A DNA stretch of 52,519 nt from the IMG/VR virus record IMGVR_UViG_3300029268_000023, positions 1-52,519 of that record, one strand, 5' to 3'. Origin of the DNA: a virus (taxonomy: Duplodnaviria; Caudoviricetes). Position numbers and translations under genes: made by a program. Position 1 is the first letter of the stretch. Each line of letters starts with the position of its first letter. Below are positions 40,226-49,085 of this stretch, one piece after another. The notes under the pieces are model-generated. The model was not told the DNA's origin, made no database searches, and was given only the letters and a program-made list of their open reading frames with translations.

Positions 40226-40312
40226 CCTCCACAAAGGTTGATAAGTTAAAAAGAGTAATTCTTGTTGTGGCAAGAAAACGGTTTCGAACCCGCTGTCCTC
40301 TTTTATCTTTTT
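40226..40312 (-). ncRNA. Structured cis-RNA motif, copy B
   Basis: AAAAGAG-GACAG-CGGGUUCGAAACCG-UU-UUCUUG-CCACAA-CAAGAA-UUA-CUCUUUU...UGUGGAGG. Confidence 0.7.
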
Positions 40313-40314
40313 AA

Positions 40315-42060
40315 TTAAGCTACAGTTGTAGTGACTCCTGTACGAGTAACTATTGTGTTAAGCTGTATGAATTCACTGACCCTCACCGGTTGGCAGTAAA
40401 CGTTAATAACCATCTGATTACTATCTATAATCTGAGATGTGTTATTTGTTGAGTCGACAACAACTTCGTATGCAGTTAATCCACCCTCAGACTGTACAGT
40501 TGCAAGAAAACTATCTATGTTTGACCAAACACGAAGACGGTTTCTTTCAGTGTTTGTTATGTCAAGAACATATGGTTGTAAAGCAGCTTCAATAGATGTT
40601 TCAATGAAAAGCAGCAATCTGCGTACATTGATTCTATCAAGTGCTGACTTCTTTAGCTGAGCTGTTTTCTGACCCCAAATTACATGTCCAACACCACGTA
40701 CGAAACGTGAAGTGTTGATGTTTACATCATACAACTGCCCAATTTGAGCAAAAGAGAATATAACATTCTGATCAAGAGCTGGTCCAATAACACCTCTTGC
40801 ATAACCAGCAGGAGCGTCCCATACGTTAGCTACATTATCTGTTCTTGCCATTGCAGCAGCACCATATATACATTTTGGAACATATATCTTACGATCATTG
40901 TATTGGTCATAAATGTAATCCCAACCAGCATATAAAGCAACATATGATGGATTAACATATCCATAAATTTCAGCTGCTTTTACTTGATCTACTGTCAATG
41001 CTGTTCTTGCACCAGTCTGACAGACAGCAACACAATCTTTTCTAAACTCAGCTACTTCAGCAGCCTTTTTCTTAACTGCAGTATCATATGTAGGAACAAT
41101 CAAGATATCTACATCTAAATCTTCCTTACTTTTCATAAGATCATAACCAGCTGTTGATGTTAAACCAGTATTCTCATTTGCTGCTGCACCACCTTGCAAT
41201 TTCTCAAAATTAAACTTACGGTTAATACCATTAATATCAACTGATGGTACAAGAGCAAGGTTAAAAATACTCATAGCTGATGGAACTTTCACATATATGT
41301 ATTGTGAGTTTCCGTTTACAACTTCTTCTATTTGTAACGAGTTGCCATCTTGATCTGTTTGCTGATTAACAGTACCATAGAAAGTCTCTACAGGAGTGTA
41401 TCCAGATAGAGCTGTTTGCTCACTTGTAGTCCATACTTCTTTTGATGTCTTTGTATAAACATTCAATTTGAATACTCTCTCCGCATTATCCATGTCATCT
41501 ACAGCTGAAGAATAATCATCAAAACTATATCTCCAATCGCAAGCAGATGAATACCACTCAATACCAACAGCAACATTATGAGCATCAGTACCAGGACCTG
41601 TAGCACCAATTAATAAAACATCTGATGCAGCAAAAGAGAAATCTTCCAAAGCAGCAATAGAATTAGTTTTATCAAGAGATGTAGGAGCAATGTTAGCAGA
41701 AATGCTACTTGAATATGTTCCTGTTCCGCTTGTAGTGTAAACAGCATTAGCATATCTATCTAATGTATCAGCTATTCTCATAACATTCAATGAGTTTGAA
41801 TACTTTAAGAATTCAAGTGCAGCATATGATGCAAATCCATACTCAGGAGTTTTTCTGTCTGTTGCAGCACCTGATGTGAATATAGGTTGTCCAAATGTAT
41901 CAATGAAACTTTTATCATCTGCTATTTCAACAAATCTGTTAACTGGACCATTCTTAGAGCGTACAATTATAGCGCCCACAGAGGTTCCAGCTGGTGTTGT
42001 AATCTCAGACTGATCTACTTCCTTTAGGTACACACCAGGAGTTGAATATTTTTGTGGCAT
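40315..42060 (-). CDS. Tail sheath protein gp18
   Basis: TPGVYLKEVD, GPVN, W.APAG..RG, WGQKT, SALDRINVRRL. Confidence 0.95.
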   Translation of the reverse strand: MPQKYSTPGVYLKEVDQSEITTPAGTSVGAIIVRSKNGPVNRFVEIADDKSFIDTFGQPIFTSGAATDRKTPEYGFASYAALEFLKYSNSLNVMRIADTLDRYANAVYTTSGTGTYSSSISANIAPTSLDKTNSIAALEDFSFAASDVLLIGATGPGTDAHNVAVGIEWYSSACDWRYSFDDYSSAVDDMDNAERVFKLNVYTKTSKEVWTTSEQTALSGYTPVETFYGTVNQQTDQDGNSLQIEEVVNGNSQYIYVKVPSAMSIFNLALVPSVDINGINRKFNFEKLQGGAAANENTGLTSTAGYDLMKSKEDLDVDILIVPTYDTAVKKKAAEVAEFRKDCVAVCQTGARTALTVDQVKAAEIYGYVNPSYVALYAGWDYIYDQYNDRKIYVPKCIYGAAAMARTDNVANVWDAPAGYARGVIGPALDQNVIFSFAQIGQLYDVNINTSRFVRGVGHVIWGQKTAQLKKSALDRINVRRLLLFIETSIEAALQPYVLDITNTERNRLRVWSNIDSFLATVQSEGGLTAYEVVVDSTNNTSQIIDSNQMVINVYCQPVRVSEFIQLNTIVTRTGVTTTVA

Positions 42061-42137
42061 TACTTACCTCCAATTTTAATAAATAATTATTTACAGTTCT
42101 TCTCTTAAACTATTTATGTTTTAGAGGTGGGCAATTA

Positions 42138-43808
42138 CTAAAAGTAGAAATCTTCTTCGGTAGCTGGCATGCCATTATCGATGATAGTTATGCCTACACT
42201 ATTGTCTTCCTCTTCTTCTTGTTCTGGTCGACTTAGTGAAAATTCTCTATTGATCTTTTTAGCTGCAAGACGTTTGCCATCAAAATATGGTGTTGATATA
42301 AAATAAACAGCCCATAGTAAAGATGTTACTAAGTCATCATGATCTTCTGGACTACTGGCATTATATACTCCAGGTGTTTTTTCTTCATAAACACTTAATT
42401 GGTAAACTGTACGTCTATGATTAAGTTTCAGCATGCGATTTTCAACATACTTTTTAAGAAGCATGCATCCTTCAATTTTATTTTTTCGAGTTGCACGAAT
42501 ACCAATTCCTTTTTTATCACAATTAACAATATTTTCGCTTTCATGATCATACCATATACAATTAGCAACAACAGTTCCAACATTATTATTTTCAAGCATC
42601 AACATACCATCGTTATAATACTCTGACATTGTTATGCACACCTTAGCAAAACTAAAGGGATCTATGAGATTACTGTGATAAACAGCAACCTGTTCTAAAT
42701 CAATTTCATTTCTAATTCTGATTACATTTACAACACTTTCATCATTTCCTGTACCCTCAGCTGAGTCAACACCTAATATATAAAACGCTCCAGGTACTGG
42801 TTCAGCAAATATTTCTAACAATCCTTCATACTTAGTTATAACAGGTTCAATTGGATCTAATGCCTCTAACACTTCACTATCAATTAATGTATTACTTGAT
42901 CCAATAAACTTACAATCAAACTCCTGATTAAAAGCAATCTGTCCAACGTCCTCTACTACTCGTTTTTTGAAATTAGGATCCTGTTTATATGTTGGAACAT
43001 CTTGCCAGCGTATCTTTACAGGATAAAAGCTATTCTTGTCTTTTTTCGCATTATCCCACATTGTATAGAAGTGATTTAATCCCTGAGGAGTTGATATTAT
43101 AACAACCTTAGATGATTGTCCTGATATAATAGTTGGGTATACAGATCTCATGAACTCATCAGCAACATTGTTTGGGACGAATGCAAACTCATCTAAATAT
43201 AATATGTTGTATGTTTGTCCACGAACTGCAGATGATCCTGTTGCAGCTGCAATAATACGTGTTCCATTTGAAAGCTGAATTGTTTTTGCATTCCAACCAC
43301 CATCTTTAATACCAACCTGCATCCAATGAGGTAAGTTTTCATATACCATTTTTACACGTCTTAAAATATCAAGAGCAGTTGATTCTTTGTTAGCAAGAAT
43401 AGCGATGTTTTGATCTTTATTAAATATAGCATGAAATATTAGATATATAGCACTTATTGTTGTATTATGAGATAATATACTATTTGTGTAATAAGTGTGA
43501 TTAGTTGAATTAACCGACAAATCATACATGTTTTCAAATCGATCAGTCTCCTCAACCATATTGACCGATAATAGGCCAACTTTTGTTCTAATTAACTGTC
43601 CTACTTGCAAATCCTTTATAAAAACTTCGTTATAAAACTCATCAATTAAAATGTGGTTATCTGCACCCTCTAATTCAAAAGGTCCTACTTGTATTTTCCA
43701 TACTTTATATTCAATTGTTTTATTAGAATGAGATATGTCTTCCCAACCAGTATCAGTTTCAACTTCCCATTCATCAACTTCAAATGTTTCTATAAATTTT
43801 TTATCCAT
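42138..43808 (-). CDS. Terminase large subunit C-part, with N-terminal 115-aa C-intein (43464-43808)
   Basis: MYDLSV...YYTNSILSHN|TT, then ILANK, RGQ..N.LYLDEFAF, STP.G.NHF, GVDS.EG, ENN, HDDLV. Confidence 0.93.
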   Translation of the reverse strand: MDKKFIETFEVDEWEVETDTGWEDISHSNKTIEYKVWKIQVGPFELEGADNHILIDEFYNEVFIKDLQVGQLIRTKVGLLSVNMVEETDRFENMYDLSVNSTNHTYYTNSILSHNTTISAIYLIFHAIFNKDQNIAILANKESTALDILRRVKMVYENLPHWMQVGIKDGGWNAKTIQLSNGTRIIAAATGSSAVRGQTYNILYLDEFAFVPNNVADEFMRSVYPTIISGQSSKVVIISTPQGLNHFYTMWDNAKKDKNSFYPVKIRWQDVPTYKQDPNFKKRVVEDVGQIAFNQEFDCKFIGSSNTLIDSEVLEALDPIEPVITKYEGLLEIFAEPVPGAFYILGVDSAEGTGNDESVVNVIRIRNEIDLEQVAVYHSNLIDPFSFAKVCITMSEYYNDGMLMLENNNVGTVVANCIWYDHESENIVNCDKKGIGIRATRKNKIEGCMLLKKYVENRMLKLNHRRTVYQLSVYEEKTPGVYNASSPEDHDDLVTSLLWAVYFISTPYFDGKRLAAKKINREFSLSRPEQEEEEDNSVGITIIDNGMPATEEDFYF

Positions 43809-44808
43809 ATAAAAATTCTCTACACTTATCTATAACTTGTTGTTTGTTTTCTTTCCATTCACTTTCCCAAATAACCAATACAATATAACCTAACCGCCCG
43901 GCATAATTTATTTTTTTACTGTCGGATTCCCATATATCATGTGCGTATTTATGCTTTCTTTTGTGGTAATGATATTTGTCATATTTATTAGGGTTACAAT
44001 GCCAGTAATCTCCATTATACTCTATAATTTTCTTTTCATTGTATAGATCATACGCATAATTAAGAGGACAATCATCTCGTTTAAGTATTAATTGACTATA
44101 ACACTGCAGCTTTTCTTTTAATTCTCTTTCAGCGATTGAAACACTTATACCATTATATCTGCTGGCAAAAGAAATCTTCTTTTTATTAATTTCTTGTTTC
44201 TCTTCAAATGATTTAGAATTAAGTTTGTCTTGCCACTTCTGTTGACGCTCAGCAAACTTTTTAACACCTAACTCTTCACCATACTTAGCAATGCATTTTT
44301 CTTTGCTAAATGTTTGTTGACGCTTATGTACTTTTTGTTTAGCTTCTTCTTCAGTAAATCCTTTATCAAGCCAATACTTTACATGCATGGGAGAAAGTTT
44401 CTTGCCAGTATTATATAACTCTTTATTTACTTCTCCACCAACCTTTGCACGTTTCTCATATTTATTGTGCCAAAGAACATTACATTTAGTGTTGTGGCAA
44501 AACGATTTATACCCATTTTGTAGATTGTTGAATTCTAATTCTTTTCCACACCATTTACAAGATTTCTCTTTTTTACCAACAGTGTCTAATAAATATTTAA
44601 TATAATATTGTTCATGTGTGATTGTATCAGAGTGTGATCGAGTTAAATGAGAACTCAAACGATTATAACTTTCAAATTGTTCTCCACATATTTGACAAAC
44701 ATATTCGCATTTATATTGATCAACATGATCTTTTAGTTTATGTTTTCTTAACTGACCAGCATAAAAACCTTTTCCACAAAATTCACAAATTCTTTTTTCA
44801 ATTGTCAT
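43801..44808 (-). CDS. Homing endonuclease: C2H2 Zn fingers plus Vsr-like nuclease, between the TerL halves
   Basis: CEFC..H, CQIC..H...H; YD, IIEYNGDYWH, D..K, VIWESEW. Start probably ATG 44808, behind GGAG. Confidence 0.85.
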   Translation of the reverse strand: MTIEKRICEFCGKGFYAGQLRKHKLKDHVDQYKCEYVCQICGEQFESYNRLSSHLTRSHSDTITHEQYYIKYLLDTVGKKEKSCKWCGKELEFNNLQNGYKSFCHNTKCNVLWHNKYEKRAKVGGEVNKELYNTGKKLSPMHVKYWLDKGFTEEEAKQKVHKRQQTFSKEKCIAKYGEELGVKKFAERQQKWQDKLNSKSFEEKQEINKKKISFASRYNGISVSIAERELKEKLQCYSQLILKRDDCPLNYAYDLYNEKKIIEYNGDYWHCNPNKYDKYHYHKRKHKYAHDIWESDSKKINYAGRLGYIVLVIWESEWKENKQQVIDKCREFLYG

Positions 44809-44843
44809 TAAATACTCCTTTTTATTGTTCATGAGTATTTATA
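44809..44843 (-). promoter_or_regulatory. Late promoter within an SD-sequestering hairpin
   Basis: TA-TAAATACTC-atgaacaataaaaag-GAGTATTTA-ATG. Confidence 0.75.
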
Positions 44844-45216
44844 TTTTAACTGGTTTTTCCTTACTGTCTTTTTGTAAAGAATGAAATTCTTCCAATGTAA
44901 TTTCTTTAACATCACCTGTTTTCTTATTTCTTATTTTTATCATTGTATCTTTAGTACAACATTTACCACACTGACGAGGAGCAAGAACTACTAAATTTCT
45001 TTTATTTTTAGGGGGTTTTAAGTAAGCTTTAAGCATTCTTTTTTGGAACTCCCAAAGCTTAATAAGCTGTTTTCCATGGTCAATTGTTACAATATGACAG
45101 TAGTGTTCAGCAAAATATATAATGTCTGCCATACATCTGATAAGCTCAGATTGCATCTGTTTGGTATACTCAACCTTTTCATGATCACCACGTAAATTAG
45201 GATTACCACTATACAT
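44839..45216 (-). CDS. Terminase large subunit N-part (85 aa) plus 40-aa N-intein
   Basis: YSGNPNLR, YFAEHY..I, L..FQ, PRQCGK|CCTKDTMIKIRN...ITLEEF. Confidence 0.92.
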   Translation of the reverse strand: MYSGNPNLRGDHEKVEYTKQMQSELIRCMADIIYFAEHYCHIVTIDHGKQLIKLWEFQKRMLKAYLKPPKNKRNLVVLAPRQCGKCCTKDTMIKIRNKKTGDVKEITLEEFHSLQKDSKEKPVKI

Positions 45217-45728
45217 TATTCATCATCCTCATCTTTCACTTCATATTCAACATCAATTGAGTTAATTTCTGACTCTTTACGAGCTTTTATAAGCTGTTCC
45301 AACATATCAGCACCAGTCATTGTGATATTAACTGTTGTTTGTTGTGTCTGAGGTGTTAGTTTAAACATTTCAAGGTCAGCTATAACTTTATTTAATTCTC
45401 TTAATTCTCTTAACTGATCTGTTACAGAATTTGATAACTTGGAGTATGCTTCAAACATACTGGCACGTGTGCCTTGTTTAAGAGATTCTTTTAATATCTC
45501 CATAACTTCACGTGTGTCACTTATCAACATGTGAAGTTCGCCCATTAAATATGTTTGGTCTTTTAGTACAATCTCTGTGGGTTGTTGTGCTACTTGTATA
45601 AGGTCGTTTTTCCGCTCACTAATTTTTGCAAGTTTATTTTCAATATTTTGTACTGTAGCTGAAGTATCAGTAACAAAGGAAGCACCAAACTTCTCACTAA
45701 TCTTTTCAAATTGTTCAACATGTTCCAT
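45216..45728 (-). CDS. Terminase small subunit (gp16-like)
   Basis: Directly precedes TerL; helical; ..FE.YS.L..SV...L..L... Confidence 0.6.
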   Translation of the reverse strand: MEHVEQFEKISEKFGASFVTDTSATVQNIENKLAKISERKNDLIQVAQQPTEIVLKDQTYLMGELHMLISDTREVMEILKESLKQGTRASMFEAYSKLSNSVTDQLRELRELNKVIADLEMFKLTPQTQQTTVNITMTGADMLEQLIKARKESEINSIDVEYEVKDEDDE

Positions 45729-45747
45729 AAACTCCTCTCTTTCATAT

Positions 45748-46557
45748 TTATAACATATATCCTGCTGAGGTTACACCATTAGTCCAATAAACTTCAGTAT
45801 TAGCATCATATCCACTTGTGCTCCAACCACTTACAGGAATGGCGCTTGTAGAATTAAATCCACTTGTATCATAACCAATAGTAAAGATATTATTTTGTCC
45901 AATGAAATATTGAGATTTAATAACCTTAACAATTTTAGCAGCTGTAACAGGTTTATACATCCAACCTTCAACAACAAGTTCTATTGTTCCATTAATCTCT
46001 CGAGTTTGTGTCTCATCTAAATCATCTGTAAATTCTGTTGACACTCCAGCCATTGTAACAGGTAAGTCTCTTTCAATGTTAAGAAAAGAAAACTCTTTTA
46101 CTCTTAACATATTTTTCGGAGCAAAGTAAGGAAGAATCAGTTCCATAAGTTGAGAGAAATCTTCCATGTATTCTGTCTTAATGTTTAATGTAAAATGATA
46201 GTCCCAAGGAGTTGGTTGAAAATCTTCAAATAATGTGTTATCTCCAACTCCAGCAATATTTACATATTCACCAAGCCAGTTTCTTGTTTCCTCAATAGAT
46301 CGTGCTCTATCTGCAGCAAATGTTAATCCATTCATAACAAGTGCTATTCTTGGAAGTTTAACAAAGTATTTATGTCCACTTTCCTGCTCTTTTCGAAACT
46401 GGTATGCTTTTTCCATTGGACCAAAAGAAATGGGAACCTCAATAGATTTAACAACATTACCACTTGTGTCATATCGATAAATGGTAAAATCATTAAACAT
46501 ATCCAGTAAAGCTACTGTAATGTTCCAAGTTGTTTTTGGGTAATAATATGGAAGCAT
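45748..46557 (-). CDS. Tail sheath stabiliser/terminator gp15
   Basis: F.D..I.R, VPISFGP.EK, LPRI, P.P.D, Q..E.ILPYF.P. Confidence 0.88.
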   Translation of the reverse strand: MLPYYYPKTTWNITVALLDMFNDFTIYRYDTSGNVVKSIEVPISFGPMEKAYQFRKEQESGHKYFVKLPRIALVMNGLTFAADRARSIEETRNWLGEYVNIAGVGDNTLFEDFQPTPWDYHFTLNIKTEYMEDFSQLMELILPYFAPKNMLRVKEFSFLNIERDLPVTMAGVSTEFTDDLDETQTREINGTIELVVEGWMYKPVTAAKIVKVIKSQYFIGQNNIFTIGYDTSGFNSTSAIPVSGWSTSGYDANTEVYWTNGVTSAGYML

Positions 46558-46568
46558 GTTAATACCTT

Positions 46569-46751
46569 TTAAACAGCAGAGGCACTAAGTGCAATAGTTG
46601 CTGTAGATGCTGTTTTTGGATTAAAATTAACAATTGTTGTTTGTAGTATATTAGCTGAGTCAATATAACTAACTAATATAGTATTGTTTCCTGTTGGTGT
46701 AATATCAACTATCGTGACACTTTCACCATTCATAATAGCTGTAACATTCAT
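46569..46751 (-). CDS. Small hypothetical, likely virion protein
   Basis: 60 aa; coupled to HEG stop; S/T/A-rich end. Confidence 0.55.
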   Translation of the reverse strand: MNVTAIMNGESVTIVDITPTGNNTILVSYIDSANILQTTIVNFNPKTASTATIALSASAV

Positions 46752-47758
46752 TTTTTATCCTTTGTAAGGAGTTTGAGGTAGTTGTCTATGATATTATCAA
46801 TTTGATCAATATTTATATAGGGTATTCTAAGAATATTTATATTATTGTTTAAACAGTACTGGTTTTTCATGATATCTTTTCTTTGTATATCTTTAAACTG
46901 ATTCAGTAATTCTTCGTTAGATAACCTACCACGTGAATAATCTACAGGTCTAAAATGTTGCTCTCCATCAAACTCTATACATAAATTATGATCAGGTAGA
47001 TAAAAGTCAAATTTTAATGATGATTTATCTTTTAAACCAATAAATCTTTTTTGTTCTTTAAATTTAATTCTATTATTCATGAGGTAAATATTAATTATCT
47101 CTTCACCTTTTGATCTATTACATTTAGGACAACCATTACCATTTAAATGGTCTCCTGCTTTTTGTGTATATTCACCATGATTAGGACAAATTATTGTTAC
47201 ATTTTTATAGTATCCATCATAATTAGTTTTAGAATAGTTATATTTATCATTGTGAATTATATTAACTTTTTCTATAAAAATTTTTGTATTGTATTTATGG
47301 ACTTTTTTAATAACCTTAATCTTTTTTGGCTTTCTTTGTTTATCACCTCTTAGGATGCTTGCGCATTTAAAGCAACCAAAACCTCTTTGATGAGTTGTTG
47401 GCAGTTGTTCAAATATTCCATGAGTAGGACATATTATCTTTACTTTTTCTGAGGCATTTTTCCAATCAACTAAAGAATAGTCATATTTATCACCATGATG
47501 TTTTTTGGATCTTTTTAAGAATTCTTCTAATGTACCAGTTAAACTGTTTTTAGTTCTTTCATAACCACATTTAGGACAACCTCTTTGATGGATTGTGTGG
47601 TCTTTAGGTGATATTTCGAAAGTGTGATTATGTTTAATGCAAATAATTTTAACTTTGGATCGAAAGTTTACATATTCAACCAAAGAATAGTCATATTTGT
47701 CACTATGTATTTTAACAGCTTTTTCAATAAAATCTTCTTTTGTTTGCTTTATAGCCAT
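46748..47758 (-). CDS. Putative homing endonuclease, three Zn-binding repeats plus PD-(D/E)XK nuclease
   Basis: KYDYS...C..H..CPKC x3; SKGE, FDFYLP, IEFDGEQHF, LRIPY. Confidence 0.82.
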   Translation of the reverse strand: MAIKQTKEDFIEKAVKIHSDKYDYSLVEYVNFRSKVKIICIKHNHTFEISPKDHTIHQRGCPKCGYERTKNSLTGTLEEFLKRSKKHHGDKYDYSLVDWKNASEKVKIICPTHGIFEQLPTTHQRGFGCFKCASILRGDKQRKPKKIKVIKKVHKYNTKIFIEKVNIIHNDKYNYSKTNYDGYYKNVTIICPNHGEYTQKAGDHLNGNGCPKCNRSKGEEIINIYLMNNRIKFKEQKRFIGLKDKSSLKFDFYLPDHNLCIEFDGEQHFRPVDYSRGRLSNEELLNQFKDIQRKDIMKNQYCLNNNINILRIPYINIDQIDNIIDNYLKLLTKDKK

Positions 47759-47829
47759 AATAATTACTCCTTTTTAATTCCTAAGAGTATTTATTATTTC
47801 ATCGAATTTAATCCCCATCTATTATAACA
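47759..47829 (-). promoter_or_regulatory. Late-like promoter (AATAAATA) in an SD-sequestering hairpin; upstream extended -10
   Basis: AATAAATACTC...GAGTAATTATT-ATG; TGTTATAAT at 47829-47821. Confidence 0.6.
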
Positions 47830-47837
47830 TGTTGATA

Positions 47838-48596
47838 TTAGTCAATATAGAAATCCACTGGTTCTGATTCTTGTCTTATTAGGTCCATTACATACTTCTC
47901 TTCTTCTTTACCTTCTTGTTGTAGCATATTTCCATTAATAGTGGACCCACCTGGCATATTGACATTATATTTAGAAAGTATCCAACCAAGTCTAATTTTT
48001 GTTCGAGCTACTGCTAACTTTTTTACAAGAGAATTATTAATTAAGAATTCAAACTTTTCTCTACGATACACTGTTAATAATCCAGTTGCGTCTGATTGAG
48101 GAGTTGGATAAACTCTAAGCTCTTCTCTACCAGCTAAATAATTAGCAGTATATTCTTTTGCAAAATGCCTTTTAACTTCTTCAAGATACATCATAGCATT
48201 ATCATAATCTGAAATTTCTAAACCAACAGATCCTACATTATATCCCATCTGATTAGACATAGGACCACTTCCAGGACCTCCACCACGTTCTTGTAGTAAA
48301 ATGTGTTCAGGTGAAAATATTTGATTTATACCATATATACCTGTTGGGAAAAACACTTCTATAACATCTGCAATATCCATTCCTGATAATGAGTAGGCGC
48401 TTGTGTTTGCAAGACATGGAAACACAACATAATCTAAATAAGCACCTTCTCCATAATTGTATCTTTGAAAATCTTGCACAACATCATCTATAATAATGTC
48501 AATTTGTGAGTCTGAAATTTCAACATTTATTACAGGAGCTCCAAGCTCATATTTTATATAGTCTCTAAAATCAGCCTTGTTGTATAAAGTTGACAT
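47838..48596 (-). CDS. Neck protein gp13
   Basis: LGAPVINVEI...QI, G..L.KY..MPGG.TING. Confidence 0.88.
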   Translation of the reverse strand: MSTLYNKADFRDYIKYELGAPVINVEISDSQIDIIIDDVVQDFQRYNYGEGAYLDYVVFPCLANTSAYSLSGMDIADVIEVFFPTGIYGINQIFSPEHILLQERGGGPGSGPMSNQMGYNVGSVGLEISDYDNAMMYLEEVKRHFAKEYTANYLAGREELRVYPTPQSDATGLLTVYRREKFEFLINNSLVKKLAVARTKIRLGWILSKYNVNMPGGSTINGNMLQQEGKEEEKYVMDLIRQESEPVDFYID

Positions 48597-48599
48597 TTA

Positions 48600-48974
48600 T
48601 TAATCCTTTTTTGACTTTTTAGTCGATGAAATCTTACTTTTTATATTCTTTGCAATTTTTTTACCAGATAGTGGTTTCACAACCGGTTCATCTGACTTTT
48701 TTATTTCATTGAATACATTTTCGTCTAACATTTTTGGCTCTATTTCTTCTGCAATAATACTGTCTAAATCAATTTCAATAACTGTTGCTTTATACTGTCT
48801 ATTAATAACAACAGGTGCTGGAGGAGGAGAATCACTCATCTGAATAGGCTTAAGAAATTCTTTATACTTTCTTGCTAACTGCTCGTGTAAAATATACTGT
48901 TTACCATCCGATGGAATAATTTTATGTATTTCAGGTATCGGAAGAGGTTTTCCAGAAATATTAACTACAATCAT
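48600..48974 (-). CDS. Hypothetical late protein
   Basis: SD AAGGAG; TATAAATA at 49009-49016. Confidence 0.7.
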   Translation of the reverse strand: MIVVNISGKPLPIPEIHKIIPSDGKQYILHEQLARKYKEFLKPIQMSDSPPPAPVVINRQYKATVIEIDLDSIIAEEIEPKMLDENVFNEIKKSDEPVVKPLSGKKIAKNIKSKISSTKKSKKD

Positions 48975-49030
48975 ATCAACTCCTTGTTAAATTAACTCTG
49001 TTCAGTATTATTTATAATTCGATATAAAAT

Positions 49031-49060
49031 AAAAAAGGAGTGAATTTCTCCACTCCTTTA
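49031..49060 (-). terminator. Intrinsic terminator after MCP
   Basis: AAAGGAGTG-gagaaatt-CACTCCTTT-TTT. Confidence 0.85.
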
Positions 49061-49085
49061 TATTAACTAACTGTGGGGTTAGTTA

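Noticed and set aside
43801-44961. Group I intron interrupting terL
   Set aside because: No non-coding space for an intron core; intein N and C motifs explain the split.
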